Assembly (NCBI GenBank): GCA_016713175.1
Contig: JADJPQ010000029.1
Span: 23,703-87,702, forward strand
Length of the DNA stretch: 64,000 bases
From: Planctomycetota bacterium
GTDB taxonomy: Bacteria; Planctomycetota; UBA1135; UBA2386
Direction of reading: 5' to 3'
Part shown: in pieces, positions 9,557 through 18,246 of the stretch
How positions within the stretch are numbered: position 1 is the stretch's first letter
How the letters are laid out: each line of letters starts with the position of its first letter
Translations under genes and position numbers: made by a program
The notes under the pieces: model-generated
The model's database searches: none
Told to the model about the DNA's origin: nothing
Seen by the model: the letters and a program-made list of their open reading frames with translations, nothing else

Positions 9557-10404
9557 GCGGTCCCTTGCCGACGGAACGTCAGCGCGAGGTAGCGCACGAG
9601 GCCACGGCCGTACAGGTTCTCGAGCTGCAAGCCGCCGGCGAACGCCCGCAGCAGCGCGCGCTGCGATGTGGTCGGCGTGACGTTCGCCAAGGCCGACAGC
9701 GCCGCCGCCGCGACGCGGCACCACCACCGTGGCCGGCGCGGCACCTGGTCGGTCAGGTCATGGACCGCGGTCGCCGACAAGCCGACCATCGCCGCCGCCG
9801 CGCGCAGTTCGGCGGCGGTGCGCAGGGTCGGTGAATGCCAGGCGCCAGCAAGGCGGCGGAATCCGCGTGCGGTGGTGCCATCGACGCGCAGATCGTCGAC
9901 GACGACGAACGTGCCGCCCGGTCGCAGCGCCGTGCCGATCGCCGCCAGCGCTGCCGGCCAGTCGGCCAGATGGCACAACGATTCGACGGCGATCACCAGG
10001 TCGAACGCCGCGACCGGCAAGGCCGCGAGGCCCTGTTCGCGGAACTCGCAGCGATCCGCCAGCCGCAGTGCTGCCGCCTGTTCGCGAGCGCGCAGGACCT
10101 GGAACGGCGACGGTGTGATGCCGACGTAGCGCCCGGGGCACCTCGCCGCCCAGTGCAACACCGTCGCGCCGAAGCCGCACCCGACATCGAGCACTGCCGG
10201 AGCCGTTGGCGTGCCGGCGTACACCAGGAGCCAGTCGTGCAGGCCGGTCACCCCCGCCGCGGGACCATCGCCTCGAGGAGCGGCAAGCCGCTTGTGCAGT
10301 TCGAGTCCTTGGCCGGCCGGACGGTTGCCGCGTCGCCGCCAGACATGGCGGGCCAGGGCTTCATACATCGCCGCTTGCGCGTTCGCGTCGTGACCTGGCG
10401 TCAT
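9553..10404 (-). CDS. Class I SAM-dependent methyltransferase
   Basis: Motif I VLDVGCGFGATVL, then DLVIAVESLCHL and RPGGTFVVVD. ATGA start/stop overlap at 10401-10404. Confidence 0.8.
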   Translation of the reverse strand: MTPGHDANAQAAMYEALARHVWRRRGNRPAGQGLELHKRLAAPRGDGPAAGVTGLHDWLLVYAGTPTAPAVLDVGCGFGATVLHWAARCPGRYVGITPSPFQVLRAREQAAALRLADRCEFREQGLAALPVAAFDLVIAVESLCHLADWPAALAAIGTALRPGGTFVVVDDLRVDGTTARGFRRLAGAWHSPTLRTAAELRAAAAMVGLSATAVHDLTDQVPRRPRWWCRVAAAALSALANVTPTTSQRALLRAFAGGLQLENLYGRGLVRYLALTFRRQGTA

Positions 10405-11720
10405 CGCGCGTTCCTCAGCACGAACAGGAACTCGTTGCACCAGCGCAGCGGCAACAGGCTGCCGGCGACCGGCTCGTCCTGGCCCGGGCGACGCCGCCGC
10501 CACCACCGTCGCAGCCGTTGCCGCGGCCACTGGTCGGGCACGACGGTGTCGATCGCGAATCCGGCGGCGAGGAACCGCTGCTGCCATTGCGACAGCGTAG
10601 CCGCATCCTGATGGCCCGCCACCTCGCGCCGGCCCAGCAATTCGCGCCACAGCCGCCAGACGAGCGTGTCGGCATTGCGGACGAGGAACACGAACCGGGC
10701 CTCTGGATGCGCGACTCGCCGCATTTCAGCGAGTGCGCGCGGGCGATCGAGGAACCGCTCCAGCGAACCGATGCAGGTCACCGCATCGAACGTCGCATCG
10801 GCGAACGGCAGTTCGAGCGCGGAGCCGGCAACCAGTCGCGCCGCCGGCGCGTTCTCGGCGGCCAGCTGCAGGGCGGCGCGCGACAGGTCGATGCCAATGG
10901 CAATGGCGCCACGTTCGGCGCCCGCACGCAGCAGATGACCGGGCCCACAGGCAACGTCGAGCAGCGTCATGCCGGGCCGGGCACCCAGCAGTTGCAGGTA
11001 GATCGGGTAGGCGTCGTACGGTCGCACGTAGTGCAAGCCGCGCCGGCGGTAGGTCGCATCGAACCACGCGGCAACCGTCGGCTCATCGACGGCGTCGTCG
11101 CGATCGTGGGTCAGCAGGTAGCGCGGCACGGATCGGCGGTAGCGGCGATAGGGCTCGCCGAGCCGCGCGTCCAGATGGTCTTCCTCGAGCAGCACGCGGC
11201 GATGCATGTTGACGGCCCAGACCACCATGCCGACCCAGACCAGTGCACTCGGCAACACCAGCGCCAGCCCGAGCCAGCACAACGCCATGCCACACAGGCC
11301 GGGATTACGCGACCAGCGGAACAACCCATCGGCCGCGGGCACGGCGGCGCGCCGCTGCCGCAGTTGCAGCACCGAGGTGGCCGTCACGAGGCGGCCCAGC
11401 AGGAACAGCACGACGCCGGCCCAGGTGACGCCGACCGACGGCGCGATCACGACACCAGACCAGGCATGCGGGACACCGACCGCGACCAGCGCGGGCGCCA
11501 GGAACGCGACGACCCCGAACACCGTCGGCAACAACCACAGCAGCCCGCGGCGCCACAGCGGTGCCATCCGCACCGCCAACAGCCGTTCGCCGGTGGCGCG
11601 CGTGTCCGCATCCGGCGCGAACAACTGCCAGGTCGATGCCTCGCTCGGGATCGGGAAGCACGTGATCTCGACCAACAGCGACAGATAGCCGAGCAGCAGC
11701 AGCACGTCCGCCAGGGTCAC
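10401..11720 (-). CDS. Fusion of an ICMT/PEMT-superfamily membrane methyltransferase with a class I SAM methyltransferase
   Basis: N-terminal half has TM helices plus FRWSRNPGLCGMALCWLGLAL and EEDHLDARLGEPYRRYRRSVPRYL (ICMT/PEMT-type signature). C-terminal half has LLDVACGPGHLL and FDAVTCIGSLERF. GTG at 11720 was chosen because of the GTGA overlap with the upstream stop. The rest of the 769-aa track ORF overlaps the next gene out of frame. Confidence 0.7.
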   Translation of the reverse strand: MTLADVLLLLGYLSLLVEITCFPIPSEASTWQLFAPDADTRATGERLLAVRMAPLWRRGLLWLLPTVFGVVAFLAPALVAVGVPHAWSGVVIAPSVGVTWAGVVLFLLGRLVTATSVLQLRQRRAAVPAADGLFRWSRNPGLCGMALCWLGLALVLPSALVWVGMVVWAVNMHRRVLLEEDHLDARLGEPYRRYRRSVPRYLLTHDRDDAVDEPTVAAWFDATYRRRGLHYVRPYDAYPIYLQLLGARPGMTLLDVACGPGHLLRAGAERGAIAIGIDLSRAALQLAAENAPAARLVAGSALELPFADATFDAVTCIGSLERFLDRPRALAEMRRVAHPEARFVFLVRNADTLVWRLWRELLGRREVAGHQDAATLSQWQQRFLAAGFAIDTVVPDQWPRQRLRRWWRRRRPGQDEPVAGSLLPLRWCNEFLFVLRNAR

Positions 11721-12421
11721 GCGGTCCTCCGGGTCAGCAACCAGCGGGCATCGGCGCTGAACGACCAGACCAGCAGCACGACCGCCACGGCGGTGGCCGC
11801 ATCGGCGACGACCCGCGGCATCGCCGGACACAGCGCCAGCAGCAACGCCACCATCACCGCGGCGCAAACGCGCCGACCACGCGAGTTGTCGCCATCCTGC
11901 GGTTTCGGCTCGTGCGCCGGGCGCCGGGCCAACGTCATCGCCAGCACGAACCACCAGCGCAGCGCGGGCAACACCAGCACCCAGCGCGCACCACCGATCG
12001 CAACGACCGCGAGCGCCAGACCGAACACGGTGAACTGATCGGTCTCCATGTCGAGGATCGCGCCAACTTCGGAGCCGCCGAACCGCCGAGCCAGAGCGCC
12101 ATCGAGCAGATCGGCCGCCACGACAACCAGGCCAAGCGACCACCACCACCAGTCCGATCCAGGCGCCGCCGGCAGCAGAGCCAGCAGGACACAAAGCAGG
12201 ACCAGGCGGCCGGCGGTGGCACCGTTCGCCGCCGTCGTCCGGGCCTCGAGCAGCAGCCACAGCCAGGCCCACGACGCCGCGATCCCGAACGCGATCCAGT
12301 TGCCGCCGTGTGCCAGGGCCTGCGGCCAGACCGCAGTCGCTCCCAGGACGCCAACACCGACAACCGCCTGCACGCGCAACCAGCGTGTCAGTGCGGCGAC
12401 CGGAAGCGTCAGCGTCGGCAT
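11717..12421 (-). CDS. CDP-alcohol phosphatidyltransferase family protein
   Basis: DLLDGALARRFGGSEVGAILDMETDQF matches D-x2-D-G-x2-A-R-x8-G-x3-D-x3-D. Multiple hydrophobic helices. First gene of the minus-strand operon. Confidence 0.8.
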   Translation of the reverse strand: MPTLTLPVAALTRWLRVQAVVGVGVLGATAVWPQALAHGGNWIAFGIAASWAWLWLLLEARTTAANGATAGRLVLLCVLLALLPAAPGSDWWWWSLGLVVVAADLLDGALARRFGGSEVGAILDMETDQFTVFGLALAVVAIGGARWVLVLPALRWWFVLAMTLARRPAHEPKPQDGDNSRGRRVCAAVMVALLLALCPAMPRVVADAATAVAVVLLVWSFSADARWLLTRRTA

Positions 12422-12474
12422 GCCGCAAGCCTACGCGGCCCGATCGCGCGACGTGGTATGCTGTCCGTCGTCGC

Positions 12475-12502
12475 ACTGCACCTCGGAAACTGCACCTCGG
12501 AA
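12475..12502. repeat. Perfect tandem direct repeat, 2 x 14 bp (ACTGCACCTCGGAA), in a divergent promoter region
   Basis: Copy 1 at 12475-12488 and copy 2 at 12489-12502 are identical. It ends 13 nt upstream of the ATG at 12516. A TGgTATGCT extended -10-like element lies at 12454-12462. Confidence 0.6.
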
Positions 12503-12515
12503 TCCGCCTCGCCCG

Positions 12516-13514
12516 ATGTCGCCCGTACCATCGCCAGATCCGGCTGCCTGGCCGGCGTTGCTCGCCGCCCGAACCCGGCTTCGCCAGACGCCGCAGGACT
12601 TCGCGCTGGTGCAGCGTGCCGGCGGTTGGTCGTGTGCCGCCATCGACGACGACCTGCACGGCGCGGCTGCGGTCGTCTTCGTGGCGATCACCGGCGTGAT
12701 TCCCCTGCACGCGGCGCGATTGGCGATGCCGTGCAGCGTGTTCGTCCCGGGTTCAGGCGCCGCGGCAGCGAGCTGGCTGCATCCGGGTGAACGTCCGGTC
12801 GCCGCCACGACGCTCGACTTCCTGCGCCTCTACCTGCCGGTCCTGGTCGGCTGCGCGACCGCGTGGCGACAGCAGCGCGTGTTCGTCACCGCGCACCTGG
12901 CGCAGACACTCGACGGTCGGATCGCCTGCACCTCCGGCCAATCGCAGTGGATCGGCAACCAGGCCAACCTGATCCACGCCCACCGGCTGCGCGCGCTGCA
13001 CGACGCCGTACTGGTCGGCTGTGGCACGGTCGAGCGCGACGATCCGCAGCTGACGGTACGTCAGGTGGATGGCCCGCAACCGCGCCGCGTCGTGCTGTCC
13101 GGCAGTGGCCGGGTGCTGACCGGTGATTACCGCGTGTTCGCCGCCGCCGGTTGCGTCGTGCTGACCGCGAACCGCCAGGCGGCGCCACGCGCACGCGTCG
13201 ACATCGCGCGGCTGCCAGACGAAGGCGGCCGGCTCGCCGCCGACACCGCCTGCGCGGCGCTGTGGCAGCGCGGCCTGTGGTCATGCTACCTGGAGGGCGG
13301 CGGCACCACCGTGTCGACCTTCCTGCAATCGCGGCGGATCGATCTGCTGCATTTGCACCTGGCGCCGATCGTGCTCGGTTCGGGCATCCCGGGCTTCTCG
13401 CTGCCGGAAGTCGCGACGATTGCCGACGGCACGCGTTTCCAGATGCAGCCGTTCGCCCTCGACGGCCACGTGCTGTTCGAGTGTCGGCCGGAGGCCGACG
13501 TCGCCGCGTCGTGA
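12516..13514 (+). CDS. RibD C-terminal-domain / dihydrofolate-reductase-like reductase with an N-terminal extension
   Basis: VFVTAHLAQTLDGRIA, HRLRALHDAVLVGCGTVERDDPQLTVR, YLEGGGTTVSTFL, IDLLHLHLAPIVLG. ATG at 12516, in frame within the 488-aa track ORF. Confidence 0.7.
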   Translation: MSPVPSPDPAAWPALLAARTRLRQTPQDFALVQRAGGWSCAAIDDDLHGAAAVVFVAITGVIPLHAARLAMPCSVFVPGSGAAAASWLHPGERPVAATTLDFLRLYLPVLVGCATAWRQQRVFVTAHLAQTLDGRIACTSGQSQWIGNQANLIHAHRLRALHDAVLVGCGTVERDDPQLTVRQVDGPQPRRVVLSGSGRVLTGDYRVFAAAGCVVLTANRQAAPRARVDIARLPDEGGRLAADTACAALWQRGLWSCYLEGGGTTVSTFLQSRRIDLLHLHLAPIVLGSGIPGFSLPEVATIADGTRFQMQPFALDGHVLFECRPEADVAAS

Positions 13515-14515
13515 TCCCGGCTCGCGGCTACTTCGCCACCGCACCGGGTCGCGGCGAACTGCGACCGCTGGAACTGCCACCACCGCGGCCCGGCGAATGC
13601 CTGCTGCAAGGCGTGTGTTCGGGCATCAGTGCCGGCACCGAACGCCTGGTCGGCCAGGGCCTCGTTCCCGAACGCGCGTTTGCGGCGATGCGCTGCGCGC
13701 ACATGCGCGGAACGTTCCCGTTCCCGGTCCAGTACGGCTACTGCTGGATCGGCACCGTCGCCGACGGCCCGGACGCAGGCCGGCGGGCCTTCACGATGCA
13801 CCCGCACCAGGACCGCATCGTCGTGCCGCGCGCCGAGCTGCATGGGTTGCCGGACGAACTGCCGGACGCGCGCGCCACGTTGCTGCCCAACCTCGAGACG
13901 GCGCAGAACGCGGTCTGGGATGCCGACCTGACCGGCGATGAACCGGTCCTGATCGTCGGTGGCGGCGTCGTCGGTCTGCTGCTGGCGTTCGTGCTGCGCG
14001 CGCACCGGGGCACCGTGGTGCTCGCCGAACAGCATCCACAGCGCGCCGCTGCCATCGCCTCGTTGCCGTGGCTGCGGCAGGTGCAGCGGCCCGAAGCGGT
14101 GCCACGCGGGGCCTTCGCGGTGGCGTTCCACGCGACGGGCCACGGCGCCGGCCTGCAGACCGCGATCGACGGCCTCGGTTTCGAGGGCCGCGTGGTCGAC
14201 TTGTCGTGGTACGGCACCCGACCCGTCACCCTCGACCTCGGTGGCGACTTCCATTGGCAACGCCTGTCGATCCTGAGCTCGCAGGTCGGCCACGTCGGCA
14301 GGAGCCAGCGCGGGCGCCTGCGGTCGCGCGAACGGATGGCGGCAGTGATCGAACTGGCAGCCCGGCACGGCGGCGACCTCGATCGGCTGGTCGATGGCGC
14401 CGGCATCCCGTTCGCGGCGCTGCCGGCATTCATGTCCGAACTGTGTCGTGGCGCAGCCACCGCCCCGATGGCGGTCGTCGCCCATGGATCCTTGCCCGGA
14501 CGGGCTTTCGAGTAG
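13511..14515 (+). CDS. Medium-chain (zinc-type) alcohol dehydrogenase-like oxidoreductase
   Basis: GVCSGISAGTERLV and the GxGxxG motif LIVGGGVVGLLLAFVL. GTG at 13511 forms a GTGA overlap with the upstream stop. Confidence 0.7.
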   Translation: MIPARGYFATAPGRGELRPLELPPPRPGECLLQGVCSGISAGTERLVGQGLVPERAFAAMRCAHMRGTFPFPVQYGYCWIGTVADGPDAGRRAFTMHPHQDRIVVPRAELHGLPDELPDARATLLPNLETAQNAVWDADLTGDEPVLIVGGGVVGLLLAFVLRAHRGTVVLAEQHPQRAAAIASLPWLRQVQRPEAVPRGAFAVAFHATGHGAGLQTAIDGLGFEGRVVDLSWYGTRPVTLDLGGDFHWQRLSILSSQVGHVGRSQRGRLRSRERMAAVIELAARHGGDLDRLVDGAGIPFAALPAFMSELCRGAATAPMAVVAHGSLPGRAFE

Positions 14516-14595
14516 CCACCGAGCCGGCGGTGCGGCGAGACTACCGGGGCCTTGCGCAGCCTGGCTGCGCCTGCACCGATCGGAGAACCAATCGA

Positions 14596-15777
14596 ATGCT
14601 CAACACCGTGATGCTGTTGTCGGCGCTGATGCCGATTCCCCAGGGCCCGCAGTTCGCGCCACCGGTGCGACTGAAAGGCGGCGACGCGTTCGTCGCCGTG
14701 GAAGCGCCGGGCTTCGCCGCGCCGAGCTGGCACGATGTCGATGGCGACGGCAGGAAGGACCTGGTCGTCGGCCAGTTCCGGGACGGCAAGATGCACCTGT
14801 TCAAGAACGAAGGTGACGGCAAGCTCGCCGCCGGAACCTGGATCATGGCCGAGGGCAACATCGCGCAAGTGCCCGGCGTCTGGTGATGCACGTCGTCGAC
14901 TCCACAGTTCGTGGATCTTGATGGCGACGGCAACCTCGACATCCTGTCCGGTTCGTACTCGCGGGACGGCGAGGACATGGCCGGCCTGTTCCAGGTGCTC
15001 CATGGCAAAGCCGACCGGACCTTCGCCGCCGCGACCGTGTTGAACGGCTCGGACGGGCAGCCGCTGATCCTGCCGACGCGTGGCGGACGCGACAACATCA
15101 CCGACAGGATCTGCACCCGCCCGTTCGCGGTCGATCTCGATGGCGACGGCAAGCTCGACATCGTCAGCGGCAACTTCACCGGCACGTTCGCGTGGTTCCG
15201 CGGCGAAGGCAACGGCAAGTTCACGCCAACGAGCGAACCGCTGCCGGCGACCGGCAAGCTGCAGGTCGATGCCCACAGCGACCCGTTCCTGATCGACTGG
15301 GACGGCGACGGCGACTTCGATCTGCTGAGCGGCTCGTCGGCCGGCGGCGTGTTCCTGTTCGCCAATGACGGCAGCAAGACCGAACCGGAGTTCGGCAAGC
15401 GGCAGACGCTGCTGAAGCCTGCCGGTCACGGCCATGACGGCGACGGCGAACTGGTGTTCGGCGATGCGCACCTGCAGGGCCCGCAGGGCTCGACCCGGGT
15501 CTGGGCCGACGACGTCGATGGCGACGGCAAGCTCGACCTGCTGGTCGGTGACACCGTCACGCTGCACTTCTGCGCCGATGGCGTCGACGAGCAGACTGCG
15601 CGCAGCAAGGACGCCGAGTGGCAGAAGAAGCAGCAGAAGCTGTTCGAGTCGATGACCGGCGACGATGCGGACGCGCGCGCGCAGTTCCAGAAGGCCTGGG
15701 AAGAACTGCGAGCGGAACGCGAAACGTTCCTGCGCGAGCAGATGACCGGCTCGGTCTGGCTGCTGCGGCAGCAGTGA
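14596..15777 (+). CDS. FG-GAP/VCBS repeat protein interrupted by a single in-frame TGA at 14884-14886 (candidate recoding or pseudogene)
   Basis: GGAGA lies 10 nt upstream of the ATG at 14596. Five DxDGDGxxDxxxG blades. Track ORFs 14068-14886 and 14911-15777 share one frame. Read-through gives ...PGVW*CTSSTPQFVDLDGDG. Confidence 0.6.
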
Positions 15778-15789
15778 TCTCCCCCGACC

Positions 15790-15816
15790 GATCGCGGCGC
15801 CGACGGCACCGCGATC
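15790..15816. terminator. Hairpin between convergent genes (possible bidirectional terminator)
   Basis: GATCGCGG (15790-15797) pairs with CCGCGATC (15809-15816) around an 11-nt loop. No T-tract. Confidence 0.35.
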
Positions 15817-15831
15817 AGGCCGGCGCGCGGC

Positions 15832-17664
15832 TCACAGGCGCTCGCCGATGACGGCCCGGCCGTGATTGCTGGCCGCGGCGCCGAGCGCGTTGGCGGCCGG
15901 GTCGAGAGCCAGGCCCTGCTGGAAGATGTCGGCCGAGATCAACGCCGGCAGGTACGGGATCGGAATCGCCCAGGTCGCGACGCCCGCACCGTTCGCCAGC
16001 AGCAACGTCACCGACGCCGGATCGACGTCGATGCTGCAACCGCTGGCGCCCAGCGGGCCCAGGTCGAACGGCAGCGGCAGGCCGGTCGAACTGATCACGC
16101 GGCTGAAGCCGGCGAATGCCACGACCGCGCCGTTGGGCAGCAGGTTCGAGAACTCGCCGACGAACGTCGTGCCCAGCAGCGGCACCTCGAGCGGGCGCAC
16201 CGACCACGCCGGCGTGCTGGCGTTGCTGCCAGGGCAGCCACCCGGGAACAGCGTGTAGAGCGCGCGCGATGCGTTCTGGCCCGGCAGGCAGATCAGGTCG
16301 AGCACGTAGGTGCCGACCTCGTTCTGGAAGCCGGCGGCATCGATCACGTAGCTACCCTGCGGCACTTCCACGTCGAGCAGCGAATACCGACCCGGGCCGC
16401 CGTCGTCATCGAACGCGACGATGCTGCCGTCGAGCCGCCGCAGCGTCAGCGTCGGATCCGCGATCGGCGTGCCGGTCGTGCCCGGACCGTTGGTGACCAC
16501 CAGTCGCGCGTTCTGCGTGACCGTGAACACCCAGAAGTCGCGATCCTGCGCGACGGCGAGGTCGCCGTTGCCGGTGAAGTTGCAGGCAAACTGCGTGGCC
16601 GTCGGCACCGTGTCGTTCGGCTCCTGCGCTTCCTGGATCTGCGCCACCTGGGCCGGTGCACAATCGACGGTCAACGAATAGCGACCGATGCTGTTCTGGA
16701 AGCCGGCCACCGCCACGTGGTAGGTGCCAGCCGCCAGTGGCTGCACGATCCGCGCAAACAACCCCGGGCCGGCATCATCGTCGAACGCGATCTGCACCGT
16801 GCCGGTCGCGTCCCACAGCGTCAGCGTGGAATCCTGCAGCGTCGGGCCGACCTGGCTGCCGCCAGTCGTCGCCACCATCACGCCGGGCTGATCGAGCGTC
16901 ACCGCATACCAATCGCTGTCGCCAGCCGGGTTGATGCTGCCAAACGCCAGCACGCCGCAGGCGCCCAGCGTCGCCGTCGCGGGCTGGTCGTTCGGTTCTG
17001 CGGCCTCCTGCAACACCGTCGGGCCGGCGCTGCACGACACATCCAGCGAGTAGTCGCCGGCGCCGGTGGCACTGAAGTGCCGGACGCGGACGACGTACGT
17101 GCCGGGGACGACGTTGCCGCGGACCACCGAGAACAGACCGCGCGCATCATCGTTGACTGCCAGCAGCTGCTGCGCGGCATCGCGCAACTCGACGACGGTG
17201 TCGGTGACGGCGCCGCCCGGCCCTGGATTGGTGTAGAGCGTCAGCAGTCCAGGTTGCGCCACGGTGAACGTGAACCAGTCGCTGTCGCCGGCGAGCAGCG
17301 CGGCCTCGACGTGGTCGCCGCAGGCGATCGCATTCGCCGATCCGGGGTTGTCGTTCGGTTCGGTTTCGGCGATCGCGGCCTCACCCATGGCCGGCATCGG
17401 GTCGGTGACCACCGTCGACGTCGGCTCAGCGGCCGCGGCGACGGGCAACCCGAGCGCCTGATGCTGCACGGCGACGAACGCCAGCAGACCGGGCTTCTGG
17501 TCACCACCGATGGTCTTGGCGAACGCCGCAAACTCTGCCGCCGTGGCCTTGGCAACGGCCGTTCCGGGCCATTGCCCCGCGATGGCAGACGCCCAATCCT
17601 GGGCAATCACGGAGACCGGCAAAGCCGCAAACAGCGGCAAGAAACGGATGGGATTCGGGATCAT
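15832..17664 (-). CDS. Secreted protein with three tandem pre-peptidase C-terminal (PPC)-like domains plus the recurrent C-terminal domain
   Basis: ATG at 17664 gives the signal peptide MIPNPIRFLPLFAALPVSVIAQ. Three repeats start ETEPNDNPGSAN, AAEPNDQPATAT and AQEPNDTVPTAT, each with a GDxDW(Y/F) motif. C-terminus begins GGCPGSNAS. Confidence 0.8.
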   Translation of the reverse strand: MIPNPIRFLPLFAALPVSVIAQDWASAIAGQWPGTAVAKATAAEFAAFAKTIGGDQKPGLLAFVAVQHQALGLPVAAAAEPTSTVVTDPMPAMGEAAIAETEPNDNPGSANAIACGDHVEAALLAGDSDWFTFTVAQPGLLTLYTNPGPGGAVTDTVVELRDAAQQLLAVNDDARGLFSVVRGNVVPGTYVVRVRHFSATGAGDYSLDVSCSAGPTVLQEAAEPNDQPATATLGACGVLAFGSINPAGDSDWYAVTLDQPGVMVATTGGSQVGPTLQDSTLTLWDATGTVQIAFDDDAGPGLFARIVQPLAAGTYHVAVAGFQNSIGRYSLTVDCAPAQVAQIQEAQEPNDTVPTATQFACNFTGNGDLAVAQDRDFWVFTVTQNARLVVTNGPGTTGTPIADPTLTLRRLDGSIVAFDDDGGPGRYSLLDVEVPQGSYVIDAAGFQNEVGTYVLDLICLPGQNASRALYTLFPGGCPGSNASTPAWSVRPLEVPLLGTTFVGEFSNLLPNGAVVAFAGFSRVISSTGLPLPFDLGPLGASGCSIDVDPASVTLLLANGAGVATWAIPIPYLPALISADIFQQGLALDPAANALGAAASNHGRAVIGERL

Positions 17665-17847
17665 GGTTTCGGATGGCAGGCAGGGTTCTTCACGCTCGCG
17701 ACTGTCGAACAAACCCCGACGAGGGCAGCGTGAATCGCTGAATGGTCCAGCATACGTCGGCGGCTACCGGCAACCACCGGGCGAGCGGCGTATCCGTCGG
17801 CATTCCCAGTGCGTACGCTGGCCGCTCGCGACTATCCTGGCCGGGAC

Positions 17848-18246
17848 ATGGCCAATGCCAGCCCCACGTTCCGCGTCGCCGTCAAGGATCACATCATGGT
17901 CGCGCACAGCTTGCGCGGCGACGTATTCGGCCCGGCGCAGCGGCTGCACGGTGCCACGTATGTGGTGACCAGCGAGTTTGCGACGACGGCGCTCGACCGC
18001 GACGGCATCGTCCTCGACATCGGCCTCGCCCACCGCGTCCTTGGCGACGTATTGGCGCCGCTGCGCTTCCAGAACCTCGACGATCTGTCGCAGTTCGCCG
18101 GTGTCAACACCACGACGGAACGTCTCGCCCAGTGGATCTGGGGCGAACTCGCCGAGCGCGTGCGTCCGCACTTCCGCGGCAGCCTGCGCGTGCAACTCGA
18201 CGAGAGCCACGTCGCCTGGGCCAGCTGCGAAGGACCGCTCGGGTGA
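17848..18246 (+). CDS. 6-pyruvoyl-tetrahydropterin synthase/QueD-family protein, non-canonical active site
   Basis: FRVAVKDHIMVAHSLRG...RLHGATYVV fits the PTPS fold pattern. LHGATY replaces the usual C-x5-HGH, with no Cys upstream. ATG at 17848. Confidence 0.7.
   Translation: MANASPTFRVAVKDHIMVAHSLRGDVFGPAQRLHGATYVVTSEFATTALDRDGIVLDIGLAHRVLGDVLAPLRFQNLDDLSQFAGVNTTTERLAQWIWGELAERVRPHFRGSLRVQLDESHVAWASCEGPLG

Noticed and set aside
10401-12710. 769-aa ORF taken as a single gene
   Set aside because: The part upstream of about 11720 overlaps the CDP-alcohol phosphatidyltransferase gene (a different frame with a complete signature motif) and is Arg/Gly-rich. The call was truncated to the GTG at 11720.
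14911-15777. Independent gene starting at GTG 14911 after the TGA
   Set aside because: The GTG lies inside the FG-GAP blade motif (FVDLDGDG). There is no Shine-Dalgarno. The frame and repeat phasing are continuous with the upstream ORF. A single interrupted or recoded gene is more parsimonious.
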